Positions 25,907 through 36,608 of a DNA stretch of 59,525 nucleotides are shown in pieces (within the stretch, counting starts at the first letter, position 1; the number at the start of each line of letters is the position of its first letter). The stretch spans positions 1 through 59,525 of the IMG/VR virus record IMGVR_UViG_3300049854_000016; one strand, given 5' to 3'. The notes below the pieces were generated by a model that saw only the letters and a list, made by a program, of their open reading frames with translations, did no database searches and was not told the DNA's origin. This DNA comes from a virus (Duplodnaviria > Caudoviricetes). Both the position numbers and the translations under genes were made by a program.

Positions 25907-26451
25907 TAGTCCGCCACCTTTCTGCTGTCTGTCAAGCTAACATTAAACTCCGCGTCAGTCAGTTCAAACTTAACACCCCCCGCTATCTGCTCGATATACG
26001 GCTCTATATCCACACCGTCCACGTTTAAGGCCCCTGCAGAATCAGAGGGGTTCTCGTCTACGTCAACGTAAACAGTAGTTGCTACTATCGAAGTGCCGTT
26101 GTCCCGGTAGGCCCCCACTCTCCAGTATGAATTGGCGTTGTTGGTGAAGCCTCCAAGCCCCTGGCACTTCAGGGCACAGCCCACCAGGTTCCACCTGTTG
26201 AATCTCGATACCCCCTCTGACTGTATAGGCCAGCACTGCACCTTAAATGGCACCCCCGACACAGCGTACCTGTCGCCAGTTACAATCTCGGAGGGGAACG
26301 CGGTCAGGAACGTCAGCTGCGTGCCGGTCACGCTTAGTATCTCACGGGCCACACCCGCGTTAGCTCCACTTGTCATATAACAAAGGCTGCCTATCATATC
26401 TGCATGAAACGTAGCCGTTGAATCCGTTAATGTTGTTCCACCAGCTCCCAT
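25906..26451 (-). CDS. Tail-associated protein, paralogue of the termini of 26451..28256
   Basis: TLTDSTATFHADM...CYMTSG.NAG and GDRY..SGVPFK..CWP...DSRKVAD are shared with the upstream gene. Confidence 0.75.
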   Translation of the reverse strand: MGAGGTTLTDSTATFHADMIGSLCYMTSGANAGVAREILSVTGTQLTFLTAFPSEIVTGDRYAVSGVPFKVQCWPIQSEGVSRFNRWNLVGCALKCQGLGGFTNNANSYWRVGAYRDNGTSIVATTVYVDVDENPSDSAGALNVDGVDIEPYIEQIAGGVKFELTDAEFNVSLTDSRKVAD

Positions 26452-28256
26452 TAGTCCGCCACCTTTCGTGAATCTGTTTCCGTTACGTTGAACTCCGCAT
26501 TAGTCAGCTCGAATACTACCCCCGCCGCTATCTGTTCGACGTAGGGCTCCACGTACACACCATCCATATTGATGGCCCCTGCAGAATCAGCCGGGTTCTG
26601 GTCCACTGTAATGTATACATCGGTATCAACCAGCTGATTGCTGCCATTTCTGTACCCGCTTACTCGCCAGTACGCATTATCGTTACTGGTGAATCCCGAC
26701 AGGTTCAGGCACTTCAAGGCACCTCCCGCCATATTCCATCGGTTCATTCTGGGCACCCCCTTTTCCTGCAGGGGCCAACACCTTGCTTTGAACGGCACCC
26801 CGCTGATACAGTACCTGTCGCCACGCTCCACTTCATAAGGGAACGGCGTCACGAATGTTATCGTGTGCTCCGTAATATCCGGGGATGTGAAGATAGCATC
26901 CATCTCCCATGTTGTATTAAAGTCCCATCCAGCTGCTTCATAGTTGGCCTGCGTCTGCATCCATTCTGTAATATAGCCCGTGCCACCATCACTCGTGGCT
27001 ACTCCACTGGATTCTGTATCCCAGAAGGAAGCAGTAATAGTTCCCCCCTCACTTGCCTGACAAAACCCTCCAATCTCTTCATCTATATCTTCTATCAGAC
27101 CTACTGAATAGCAGTTAGTGTATGAATTAAATTGAGAACCATCATACTGGACAAATCCTCCAGCATAAACATCCAAACTTTCTACACCCCCCCAAGAGTA
27201 ACAATCTATACAAGTTACAGAATCAAAAGCATCGGCTATGAATCCTGCGGCATAATCATCTGTTATTGAAATATCTCCTCTTGCCGAACATCTTGTGAAA
27301 GTTACACCAGAACCAAAACCACAAAGTCCAGCAGAATAATCATCACTTGTAATATCCCCTGTAGCAGCACAATCCGTTATAATAATGTCTGTTGTACTGC
27401 CTCCATCAGTATAACCAACGAGTCCTCCAACATGCTTTGCACTATTGACACTTGTATGAGCTATTATATTTCCTGTTGCTCTACAATTTATAATTGTTGA
27501 ATATACTCCTGCTTCTCCCACTAAACCCCCAAACTCACTAATACTGGTATCAGTATGTCCACTCGAAGCATCAATGGAAACTGAACTTGTGCAATCATAT
27601 AGGTATGCTCGATGTGTATCGTCCCATCCATAAATTCCTGCAACCAATCCTCCAATATAGGATATACTTGAACCTATAGCTGTTATAGTTCCGGACACAT
27701 GACAGTTTTGGATTATACAATTCTCAACTGCAGAAGCATTAAGAGCATAAGCCAAAGCTCCCCCTTGTCGTCCAGACATAGCTACATCCGCCAAAGTTAA
27801 ATTAGCTACCGTCGCTCCTGCAAGAATATCTTCAAATAACCCAAAATGGTCTCCAGATTTAGCACAAGTTAAACCACTAATCGTATACCCACAACCATCA
27901 AGAGTTCCTGTAAAACTATCTATGGGAACAAATCCATTTCCTCCATTCCATCCACTTGTAGCACTCGCATCTATATCTCCTGTGAGATAATAATTACCAT
28001 CTAAGTCATCTGCTATGGCCTGCAACTCGTCTGCATTACTGATGACTGTAGTGTGTGTCAGGCCCGGGTCTGCCGTGCGAACAGTGAATGTCCCATCCGC
28101 TACCTGTAAGGTAGGATATGAACCGTGGCTTTCCGTACCGGCTATCTCCCGGTACAGCCCGGCATTCTTTCCGCTTGTCATATAGCAGAGAGCCCCCGCC
28201 ATATCCTGATGGAAGGTTGCAGAGGTATCAGTTAGTGTCAGGCCGTTACTTCCCAT
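26451..28256 (-). CDS. Tail-associated protein with inserted GLUG-repeat beta-helix domain
   Basis: LDGNYYLTGDIDAS...FTGTLDG.GYTI, repeated IGGLV/VGGLVG units, SFWDTESSG, GWDF..TW. Confidence 0.75.
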   Translation of the reverse strand: MGSNGLTLTDTSATFHQDMAGALCYMTSGKNAGLYREIAGTESHGSYPTLQVADGTFTVRTADPGLTHTTVISNADELQAIADDLDGNYYLTGDIDASATSGWNGGNGFVPIDSFTGTLDGCGYTISGLTCAKSGDHFGLFEDILAGATVANLTLADVAMSGRQGGALAYALNASAVENCIIQNCHVSGTITAIGSSISYIGGLVAGIYGWDDTHRAYLYDCTSSVSIDASSGHTDTSISEFGGLVGEAGVYSTIINCRATGNIIAHTSVNSAKHVGGLVGYTDGGSTTDIIITDCAATGDITSDDYSAGLCGFGSGVTFTRCSARGDISITDDYAAGFIADAFDSVTCIDCYSWGGVESLDVYAGGFVQYDGSQFNSYTNCYSVGLIEDIDEEIGGFCQASEGGTITASFWDTESSGVATSDGGTGYITEWMQTQANYEAAGWDFNTTWEMDAIFTSPDITEHTITFVTPFPYEVERGDRYCISGVPFKARCWPLQEKGVPRMNRWNMAGGALKCLNLSGFTSNDNAYWRVSGYRNGSNQLVDTDVYITVDQNPADSAGAINMDGVYVEPYVEQIAAGVVFELTNAEFNVTETDSRKVAD

Positions 28257-30349
28257 TATCCAGTAGCCGTCCCATTAACAGTATAGCTGCTGCTGATGTC
28301 CCACATTGTACCTGTCCCGGTTTGCAGTACATCCGGGCTTACTATCAGGCCGGTTGCCGTAATGAAGTAAGCTCTGTCGTTCTTGTTGCCTGCGATGTCG
28401 GGGCCTGAACTCACTGACTCGAAGTTGGCACCCTCCAAAAGGCTTACTGTCTGGGTGGAGTGCCACAGCACCAGCATCTCTTCTTGCGTGGGATTCAGGA
28501 AGAAGCTGGCGTTCAGTAAGGCATCGTAGCCGCTCTGTATGTTAGCCAAATCCGTCTTCCACTCATCGTGAATGATGCGGTCACATGAAGACACCTGGCC
28601 CATGCTGCCGTCGGTGGCGTTCAGCATCACCATTCCCATCCCGCTTACCATGAAGACGGAGTTGCCGGAGGAGTGAGCAGCCCCCTTTCCCACCAGTCCT
28701 CTCTTTGCGTGGAGCCGGGTGTATTGTAGTGGAGCCCCCTGCTTCGATTTGAAGATGTGCACGATGGCATTGTAGCAGAGCTGAAACATACTGTCACCTG
28801 CCGATATAAACCGGAGCGGTCTGCCATCTTCAGGGTCTCCTTCCCGCTTGTTATAAGTGCTGAAGTATTCAGGGCTTGCGTGCTCCATACTGGAGTGCAG
28901 GGTATCGTAGCCACCGTCTACGCTCTTGGCCTGGGCCATGAATGTCATACCGGCGTACCGGCCTATTGTGCCGGACTGTGGCGGAGCTACCACTATATCT
29001 TTCTCCGGGTCGTACATTGTGAGGAACGGTAACGCCTGGTCACTGACTGTGCCTACCGTCACCTGCAGGGCATCGAAGGTCCCCGAGGTCTCCCAGTTCC
29101 CTGCCTCCGCTATTGTCTGCTCCAGATAGAAGATAGCCCCCGGACTCGTGATAGAATTACCTAAGTCTATCGTACGGAATACATCTATAGTATCGAACAA
29201 GGCATCGAAGGCTGCGTATGCCTGTCCTGTCACTACCGCCGTATTAGCCGGGAAGTCCAGGATAATCTTGCAGTTGGTCTCCGCCTCTGTCGTAGCTTCG
29301 CCGCCACCCGACAGCGTTGAACCACTTACCGTAATGTCGTCTGTGTTTACACCGGCTTCAGCTATGCTTAGTGTGTACGCATTACCGCCGGAGCCTCTCG
29401 CCACCGCTTCTATCAGCACGCTCGTGGACTGGGCCGACGCCGTAACAGAAGCTGAAGCATCCCCGTTGATAGCATCTGCCAGGGCCCTCGCGTGTGCAGC
29501 TATGGTGGCTGTAGATGTGGCCGTGATAGTGACATCGGAGCCAGCGTCATCGTACTCGTAGGTGCGGCCATTGATGGTGAATACATCTCCTGCTACCATC
29601 AGCCCGGCGTCACCACCTCCGCTTGCAAAGCTGATAGTGCCGGTCGCCTTGGTTGTTTTCATATGGTCGAGTGTTATAGTTATAGGGTCACTGAGAGCAC
29701 TGTATACGCCCCTTGCTGAATCGTAAAATCTCCATGCTATCTGGTACCGGCCCTGCCCATACAGATAGTAGGCAGCATCCACTGCGTTGGAACTTTCAGT
29801 TAAAGCACCCAGAGCCGTATCGAACTCACCAGGTCCTGAGTCCACGCAGACCAAGGCTGTCCCATTCCAGTACACGGTCTTGGTTTCCTGCCCCTCCACC
29901 GCAATCATCAGGTACGGCCCGTCCACCGAGCACGACATCTCGTCGGTGCTGGCTATCAGGCTGCCGGTAGCATGTATAGCTAACGGAGTCTCCCATGTAC
30001 TGCCGTTATCGTCCGTGTATATGAGGTCCACCTGCTCGTCTGTATTTGAGTCGATGCTATCCCACCGCACCACGAACCCGTGGTAGATAGTCGAAGTATT
30101 CCGCTTCTGGAACGTCACCTTCTGGAAGAAGCTGGGGCCATCATAAGTGTCGATACCACCCATACTGGTTACGTCATCCAGGTCCAGCATCTTCTTGTTC
30201 CCGTAATACTTATGCAGGCAGCCGGTGAATCGGCCATCGGTACCGACCAGCCTCCCGAACATCCCGGGCTTCACCTGGTTAGGCGGAACCGACTGGTCCA
30301 TTCTCGGCATCCGGAATTCGTAGGGTATATAAATCCTGTCTTCAGGCAT
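28256..30349 (-). CDS. Tail structural protein (short-tail nozzle/tube candidate)
   Basis: 697 aa, beta-rich, with a Gly/Thr/Ala insert (GDVFTING..YE...LADAING); located between fibres and ejection genes. Confidence 0.55.
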   Translation of the reverse strand: MPEDRIYIPYEFRMPRMDQSVPPNQVKPGMFGRLVGTDGRFTGCLHKYYGNKKMLDLDDVTSMGGIDTYDGPSFFQKVTFQKRNTSTIYHGFVVRWDSIDSNTDEQVDLIYTDDNGSTWETPLAIHATGSLIASTDEMSCSVDGPYLMIAVEGQETKTVYWNGTALVCVDSGPGEFDTALGALTESSNAVDAAYYLYGQGRYQIAWRFYDSARGVYSALSDPITITLDHMKTTKATGTISFASGGGDAGLMVAGDVFTINGRTYEYDDAGSDVTITATSTATIAAHARALADAINGDASASVTASAQSTSVLIEAVARGSGGNAYTLSIAEAGVNTDDITVSGSTLSGGGEATTEAETNCKIILDFPANTAVVTGQAYAAFDALFDTIDVFRTIDLGNSITSPGAIFYLEQTIAEAGNWETSGTFDALQVTVGTVSDQALPFLTMYDPEKDIVVAPPQSGTIGRYAGMTFMAQAKSVDGGYDTLHSSMEHASPEYFSTYNKREGDPEDGRPLRFISAGDSMFQLCYNAIVHIFKSKQGAPLQYTRLHAKRGLVGKGAAHSSGNSVFMVSGMGMVMLNATDGSMGQVSSCDRIIHDEWKTDLANIQSGYDALLNASFFLNPTQEEMLVLWHSTQTVSLLEGANFESVSSGPDIAGNKNDRAYFITATGLIVSPDVLQTGTGTMWDISSSYTVNGTATG

Positions 30350-30358
30350 ACTTAGCTC

Positions 30359-31093
30359 CTATTCTGAGAATACTCCCTTGCCACTAATACCATAATGATT
30401 GGCCACTGCACGCACATCATCCCCTGAGTATGTATCTATCTGAGCATATAAATCCACATATACATACTCGGTGGTTATGAAAGAAGTCGAGACTCTTATC
30501 AGTTTCTCGCCACCTAAAGGAATCGTCCCAGAGACAACCTCACTTATCCGAGTGGCGTTGGCTGGACCATATCCATCATCTGCAAGGCCAGCAGGGTCTC
30601 CCTGTAGATAGGTCCGATACATCAGCCATATTGTTAGGACTCTATCGTTGCCGGTCTCGTTGATAAACTTAGCCCACCCACTGCAACCTACAACCGAATC
30701 CGAATAAGCTACCGCCGTTGCAACTTGGGACCACAATATTAAAATCTTCGGGTAGTCTTCATCCGGCACATCATGCAGATGATATGGGTGGTTATGCGGC
30801 ACAGCTGGCTGCGATGGTATCGTAACTCTCGGTACGAAGCTGGTACCCAGTCCCGGCAATCCCGGCAGTCCCCTCGGACCGGCTGGCCCCTGGTCTCCCT
30901 GGTTCCCGATATACTCGGATAAGTCAAACGTGTGGGTCTTCCGCAGGGCCTCCGACGATGCCCTCATTATCTCCATCAGAGAGAGGTAATCATCATTCTC
31001 AAGGCCGTACTGCATGAGACCAGTAGCTGCCGCCGTCTGAAACGTGCTGCCGGAGCCCCATCCTATATTTTCTTCCCACAACGTCACCGCCAT
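30359..31093 (-). CDS. Virion protein with short collagen-like segment
   Basis: GNQGDQGPAGPRGLPGLPG. Confidence 0.6.
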   Translation of the reverse strand: MAVTLWEENIGWGSGSTFQTAAATGLMQYGLENDDYLSLMEIMRASSEALRKTHTFDLSEYIGNQGDQGPAGPRGLPGLPGLGTSFVPRVTIPSQPAVPHNHPYHLHDVPDEDYPKILILWSQVATAVAYSDSVVGCSGWAKFINETGNDRVLTIWLMYRTYLQGDPAGLADDGYGPANATRISEVVSGTIPLGGEKLIRVSTSFITTEYVYVDLYAQIDTYSGDDVRAVANHYGISGKGVFSE

Positions 31094-31344
31094 AACTCAT
31101 CTCTCTTTCTGTCAATAGCCGGTATATACTGCCCGAGCAGTGAAGGAGCCTGCCCCTCGAACAGCACGTACTTCCGGCGTGGCACTGCCGACCCAATAGT
31201 AATCCCTGTAGCCACTGCAAATGGGTACACGCCTATCACTATCCGGCGGTCCGCCGAACTCAATGCAGCACCGTCTGGTTGAGGGTGCAGTGGACTCCAT
31301 AACATCGACTGTGCAGCAGCTCGCAGGTCTCTGGAATTAAACAT
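31084..31344 (-). CDS. Small virion-associated hypothetical protein
   Basis: TAATG-coupled to the 1274-aa fibre gene. Confidence 0.6.
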   Translation of the reverse strand: MFNSRDLRAAAQSMLWSPLHPQPDGAALSSADRRIVIGVYPFAVATGITIGSAVPRRKYVLFEGQAPSLLGQYIPAIDRKRDELWR

Positions 31345-34300
31345 TAGTCGGCCACCCCAAACTCACCTTTAGTAAACAGAGTCCCATCGTCGGATAGATT
31401 GGACTCGCACAGCTTGGTAGTCCCATCATCCTTGTATACGATAATCTCCTCATTCGTCTTATCTGTTACTACTTTATTACGCCAGTATTCGTATAGATAG
31501 TTCAAGGCAGTTAAGGCACTGGCGGTAGCGGAAGGGGCCCCTGCAGAAAGGTCGGACATAGCCTTAGCCCATATAGCGGTCACCGATGCCGTCGATAATG
31601 TGGCCCCATCAGTACCTGTCAGCATGGCGGTATCTTCGAGAATGGCTGCAACCGAAATAGTATCGCCGATAACGCCGAAGCCCTGAACCGTCGAGAGGGT
31701 AAATACTTCACTACCAATCGTAACAACCGTGCCGTAGATTTCATATAATATCAGGTCACCATCTGCCCAGCTTGTACTGGGGAAAGTATACGTGTAGTAA
31801 ATACTACCGATGCCTGCCCCCATCCCGCCCCCTGCTACAATTAAAGCCCAATCAGCATCAGTTCCTTCACGGTATCTCCATACCTTAATAAGTCCTGGTG
31901 TAGTTATTTCCGCAATCTGTATCGCATCTGCGGATGGTTTATTTAAGACAAGTCCAACCTGAGCTACAACTATATCGGCCTGGTCAATCAGCGGGTTGTG
32001 CATATACGCAGGATTGGCACTAATAATATTAGCGGAAATCAAGTCGGTCTTGGCCTTAATAGAGACCGTCTCCCCTTTCAAAGCAATTATGTCTGCTGCA
32101 ATGTCAGTACCAGTAGCGTTTGTGATTACTGTTGTGTAAATAGCATCAACTTTATCACTTATGTCACTCATAGTTGTCTCCAATACGGTTATTCTGCCGT
32201 CAAGAGCATCTACCGCCTGCCATAATTCGGCAATTTCTATTGTGCATTCTGTTGACGGACTTGCTGACGGTGAAGCCGAAGGACTACCTGTCGCACTGGC
32301 ACTTATTGATGCCGATGGTGAAGCCGAAGGTGAACTGCTTACCGAAGCGCTCGGACTAACTGACGGACTGGCCGAAACACTTATTGAAGGTGAGGCAGAC
32401 TCCGAAGCAGATGGTGAAGCACTTTCACTTGCACTTGGTGAAGCACTTTCGGAAACTGACGGAGAAGCGCTTTCGCTCACTGAAGGACTTGCTGATTCTG
32501 ATGCACTCGGAGATGCGGACTCACTCGCAGAAGGACTGGCCGATTCTGAAGCACTTGGCGAAGCCGATGGACTGGCGGATTCGGAAGCAGAGGGACTGGC
32601 ACTTATTGAGGCTGAAGGTGAACCACTTATACTCGCACTCGGAGATGCACTTTCCGATGCTGACGGACTTGCGGATACCGAAGCACTGGGACTACCGGAG
32701 ATTGACGCCGAAGGAGACTCCGAAATTGATGCAGAAGGAGACGCACTAATGCTTGCACTTGGACTGGCCGATTCAGAAGCCGAAGGGCTTGCACTTATAC
32801 TTCCAGAAGGTGAGGCCGATGGACTCATGCTAATACTTGACCCTGTCAAGATACTTAACACTGTGAGTCCATGTTCTATGGAAACAAAAAGATAACCACC
32901 ACTATACTTGATATCGTCACAAGCATCTAAATTAACTGCATCGTGATAATATTCATCAATATGAGGATTTGCAGGGTCACTTACATCAATAAATACGACA
33001 TTTTTGTTAAACCAAGAAGTAGCTGCTACTGTGTGTGTTTGAGGAATGTATACAGGAACGGCAGTATAATTAAGAATATCGGCATTAGAGACAGACCCGA
33101 CCACGGAAGGCGAACTCGGCGTGCTAATGTCCACAACGCTTAATTTGTCTTTGGTATAATCACAAACAAAAGCATACTGCTCGTCAGTCCGCAAGCATAG
33201 ACCGCCCGTGGCATCACAAGCACAGGAACCAGCTATACTCATGTTGGTGGGGTCGGATATATCGACGGTGAAAAACGTATCCTTGCCCGCTGAACTGACA
33301 AAAAGATAATTGCCAGCAGCATTCACTTTGCAATACTTACAATTCAGCGTGTTGTTAATATTAAAGAGAGAATCAGCTACCGATGGGTTTGCAGGTGTTG
33401 AAATATCAACCGAAGTCACCTTATCACTATCTACAGATACTACAAAAGCATAATTACCATAAATATCTACAGAATTTATTTTACCAAAATTTGTGGCATC
33501 CTGCAAAGAAGCCACAACTGACATATCAGTAGGGTCTGTTATGTCTACGACCGTAAATCTGTTCGTGCCTGGAGAACCCACATAGGCATAATTCCCTTTA
33601 ATTGCTACACCCTCACAATCATTGAGGCGGTCCAGCACATCATCCGTCAAGATTTGCCCTATTGACAAATTTGCAGGGTCTGAAATATTTATTGAAACAA
33701 AAGCATTAGTGTTGTATGAAGTTAGAAAGGCATAATTACCGCTTATTGCCAGCCATCCTACTGTATAAATACCTTCATCAGTAATAGAATCAACAACAGT
33801 CAACGGAGCAACCCACCCAGATGGACTGGCCGAAGGGCTTCCAGATACGCTGGCCGATATACTCGCACTCGGTGATGCCGACTCAGAGACTGACGGGCTG
33901 CCACTAATGCTTGTCGAAGGACTTGCCGACTCACTCACACTCGGAGACGCAGATGCCGAAGCACTGGGGCTTGCCGATTCTGAAACGCTGGGCGAAGCAG
34001 AAACACTCTCTGACGGAGAAGCGCTTTCGCTCACTGAAGGACTTGCTGATTCTGATGCACTCGGACTGGCACTGGGTGACGCCGAAATGCTTGCAGAAGG
34101 TGAACCCGAAATAGAAGCACTTGGACTGGCTGAATTACTTATCCCACCATCATACTCAAACGCACCAATATCCCAATCGCCTACCGCAGGGCCTCTGGTA
34201 GCATCTATAATATCAACTGTAAATATTGCATCCGGAACTGTGCCGTCACCAGTGTTGTATAAAGGAGAATCAACATCCTGTACAGAAACATCTGGCGGGT

Positions 34301-35168
34301 CGGCTTCAGGTGCAGTAAAGCAGGTCGAATCCCACGTGGCGGATATATCAACACCGTTAGTTCCGCCACCGGCATGTTGGTCAGTGGCACAACAGTCTAT
34401 CGTCCATGTATTGACAAAGTCATCTGCATTGTTAAATACTGCACAGTTAATGGCCTTATATGTTCCAGCACCTTGTTCGTTAAGACCGTCATAGTTATTA
34501 AAAATGGTACAGTTATAAAAATTTATGGCTGAACCTTTTACGGATGCACCTCGGAAACCAGTATCGTTTATATCAGCACCAGTTGACCTGAATCCGTAAA
34601 TTATCGTATTATAAATATCAGCAACATTACTGGCATCCCATGTACAAAAACCTATAGCAGACCCCGACTCACTACAAACACCTTTGATAATGCAACTATT
34701 TATCGAAAGATATTGAGTTAATCCCGATGCCGTAGACCCTATACCATACCTGTCGCCCGAAGTGGTTGTAACCAAGACCTGTAAATTTTCTACATAAACA
34801 TATTCTTCTACAACTTGAAGGGCGTATGATTGGTCATTGTTATTTTCAAGAACATATTTAGTATTATCATAAATACCATCGGCGGGAAAATCGTCAGCGA
34901 TTATCTTAATATAATCAGTCGCACTCGTCGTCCAACCATTTAGTGCACATATTGTTTGGTCGACGCCACCGCCATTGGTACGGTTACAGTGAACGGTTGC
35001 AAACTCATTAGAACCTGTAGCCTCTGTAAGGTCTTTTTGTGTGGCCGCTTCCCACTGAGCCAAAGTCTGATATGCCTGATGCCCGTCGTTGGCAGTACCG
35101 GCAGTCGTACCATCTCCACCAGCAACCGCACCAGTATCAACATATCTTTTAAGTTCAGCCAGTGGCAT
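31344..35168 (-). CDS. Large fibre/adhesin-like protein: beta-helix domain, Ser/Pro/Ala linker, LVIVD-repeat propeller, second Ser/Pro/Ala linker, virion-anchor C-terminus
   Basis: WDIGAFEY ends the beta-helix; multiple GNYAFV...VDISDP.N LVIVD repeats; SPSASxSA octapeptide arrays. Confidence 0.8.
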   Translation of the reverse strand: MPLAELKRYVDTGAVAGGDGTTAGTANDGHQAYQTLAQWEAATQKDLTEATGSNEFATVHCNRTNGGGVDQTICALNGWTTSATDYIKIIADDFPADGIYDNTKYVLENNNDQSYALQVVEEYVYVENLQVLVTTTSGDRYGIGSTASGLTQYLSINSCIIKGVCSESGSAIGFCTWDASNVADIYNTIIYGFRSTGADINDTGFRGASVKGSAINFYNCTIFNNYDGLNEQGAGTYKAINCAVFNNADDFVNTWTIDCCATDQHAGGGTNGVDISATWDSTCFTAPEADPPDVSVQDVDSPLYNTGDGTVPDAIFTVDIIDATRGPAVGDWDIGAFEYDGGISNSASPSASISGSPSASISASPSASPSASESASPSVSESASPSESVSASPSVSESASPSASASASPSVSESASPSTSISGSPSVSESASPSASISASVSGSPSASPSGWVAPLTVVDSITDEGIYTVGWLAISGNYAFLTSYNTNAFVSINISDPANLSIGQILTDDVLDRLNDCEGVAIKGNYAYVGSPGTNRFTVVDITDPTDMSVVASLQDATNFGKINSVDIYGNYAFVVSVDSDKVTSVDISTPANPSVADSLFNINNTLNCKYCKVNAAGNYLFVSSAGKDTFFTVDISDPTNMSIAGSCACDATGGLCLRTDEQYAFVCDYTKDKLSVVDISTPSSPSVVGSVSNADILNYTAVPVYIPQTHTVAATSWFNKNVVFIDVSDPANPHIDEYYHDAVNLDACDDIKYSGGYLFVSIEHGLTVLSILTGSSISMSPSASPSGSISASPSASESASPSASISASPSASISESPSASISGSPSASVSASPSASESASPSASISGSPSASISASPSASESASPSASPSASESASPSASESASPSASESASPSVSESASPSVSESASPSASESASPSASESASPSISVSASPSVSPSASVSSSPSASPSASISASATGSPSASPSASPSTECTIEIAELWQAVDALDGRITVLETTMSDISDKVDAIYTTVITNATGTDIAADIIALKGETVSIKAKTDLISANIISANPAYMHNPLIDQADIVVAQVGLVLNKPSADAIQIAEITTPGLIKVWRYREGTDADWALIVAGGGMGAGIGSIYYTYTFPSTSWADGDLILYEIYGTVVTIGSEVFTLSTVQGFGVIGDTISVAAILEDTAMLTGTDGATLSTASVTAIWAKAMSDLSAGAPSATASALTALNYLYEYWRNKVVTDKTNEEIIVYKDDGTTKLCESNLSDDGTLFTKGEFGVAD
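32253..32840 (-). repeat. Degenerate 24-bp coding tandem repeat (SPS[A/V]S[E/I/V]S[A/G]), block 2
   Basis: Visible in protein and DNA, about 195 codons. Confidence 0.9.
33819..34139 (-). repeat. Degenerate 24-bp coding tandem repeat (SPS[A/V]S[E/I/V]S[A/G]), block 1
   Basis: Visible in protein and DNA, about 107 codons. Confidence 0.9.
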
Positions 35169-35353
35169 TAGACATCAGTTCTCCAACTCTCCGGCCATAC
35201 GTCACAATACTTCAGAAGTTCAAGAGCATATTTTGTGTATATGACTATCTCTTCGAAATTCTTACTAATATTTTTAATTTTTCGTTGAACGAATTTAGGT
35301 AAAATCTTGAAATCCTGTTGATAGTTATTTTTTTCTTGTCCCATTTTTCTCCT

Positions 35354-35785
35354 TTAAATAGTCAACTTATCAAGAACTTGAAAATTAGCACTTGTCACAA
35401 CATTTACATCTTTGCCATCACCGGAAAGAATAGAATATCTACATCGTTTCAACATCGTTGTTTTAATCATTGCCTCCATTTTATCGTCGTATTGAATATT
35501 GCCGTCTTTGTCGAGGTCAAACTCAACCTTCTCAAGCGGAACGTGATATTGTAAAGCATCTTTAAGAGTCATTCCCATCACGCGAACCACTCTGAAAACA
35601 TCCTTGCGTGGATACGGGCCGTCACCCCAGAAACCATCCTCGTGAATCCCCACAATATCGCCACGTTGGTAACGAGCGTTGTATTTCTCCATGAAGTTCG
35701 GATACTTCAAACAATACTCATCAAGTTGCTGCGGAGTCAAAGCATCCATCCAGTGGTCTTTGTTATAGATTAAGAACTCAGCCAT
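35354..35785 (-). CDS. Hypothetical protein
   Basis: 143 aa; coupled to the glycosyltransferase genes. Confidence 0.65.
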   Translation of the reverse strand: MAEFLIYNKDHWMDALTPQQLDEYCLKYPNFMEKYNARYQRGDIVGIHEDGFWGDGPYPRKDVFRVVRVMGMTLKDALQYHVPLEKVEFDLDKDGNIQYDDKMEAMIKTTMLKRCRYSILSGDGKDVNVVTSANFQVLDKLTI

Positions 35786-36608
35786 TATCTCTTAATTCCT
35801 TAAATGAACCCCAATATGGTAATTCATATACCACATCTTTAGGTCTGCGACTCTTCGAGAAATTACTTGTATGCCGAATGTCCAGGTTTGGAATTACCGT
35901 TCTGAACGTATCCGCTTTCCAGACTCCAATCTCTTTTCCCAAATCCTTAAATTGACCTATCACCCCGCGATAAACTCCTCGTTCATCGCAGATACCAGGC
36001 TCTTGAGTAACTGCCTGTAACTGTGGCGGTTCGGTCTTAATGTCCTTTATATCGTGCGTCTTTAGCCAGTCTGCTTCGCAGTAAGCCGCTTCTACAAATG
36101 CTTCTTTGTCCGACAGGCAACCCGGCTCACAAGCTCCCGCAAAGCCTTTGCGTATCATATATCCATGTTTGAGAAGCCATACCTTATCTTGAATAGCTTT
36201 CAGACATATTTCACGGCTGCAAATCAACTGTGATAAAACCCTGCGTCTCTTATAGAAGTATTCTCCCGTACTCCATTTAACAAACCAGACATTAAGATTG
36301 TAATAGAACACATCATCCTGCGGTGGCTGCCAGTTAAAATGCTCCGGACTGTAAAGACAATCATGCTCGACAAGTGATATATACTTCGTCTCTGCTGCCT
36401 CTACTCCGGCAAGTATTTGACTATACATAGACAGGTGACTTCTACCTATTTCACCGACGCAAATATTCGTTCCGAGTTTTATCGGTTTGTGAGTTACGGA
36501 GATAATAGGCTTGCATCGGCTCGCCACAACAAGATGGTCGATACAGAGATTCATTATCTCTGGAGCAAGGGAATTATCTGTATAATAAATTATACTAATG
36601 TCACTCAT
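35778..36608 (-). CDS. GT-A fold glycosyltransferase-like protein
   Basis: ISIIYYT N-terminal strand; ILAGVEAAETKYISLVEHDCLY (ExD equivalent of DxD); LDIRH..N. Confidence 0.65.
   Translation of the reverse strand: MSDISIIYYTDNSLAPEIMNLCIDHLVVASRCKPIISVTHKPIKLGTNICVGEIGRSHLSMYSQILAGVEAAETKYISLVEHDCLYSPEHFNWQPPQDDVFYYNLNVWFVKWSTGEYFYKRRRVLSQLICSREICLKAIQDKVWLLKHGYMIRKGFAGACEPGCLSDKEAFVEAAYCEADWLKTHDIKDIKTEPPQLQAVTQEPGICDERGVYRGVIGQFKDLGKEIGVWKADTFRTVIPNLDIRHTSNFSKSRRPKDVVYELPYWGSFKELRDNG

Noticed and set aside
25906-26830. Duplicated tail C-termini as a DGR template/variable repeat pair
   Set aside because: Differences are not adenine-specific, both copies are intact ORFs, and no reverse transcriptase is present.
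28250-28262. GGA-TAATG-GGA as a T4 gene 60-like translational bypass
   Set aside because: TAATG stop-start overlaps occur at many junctions here, so ordinary coupling explains it; no supporting structure was seen.
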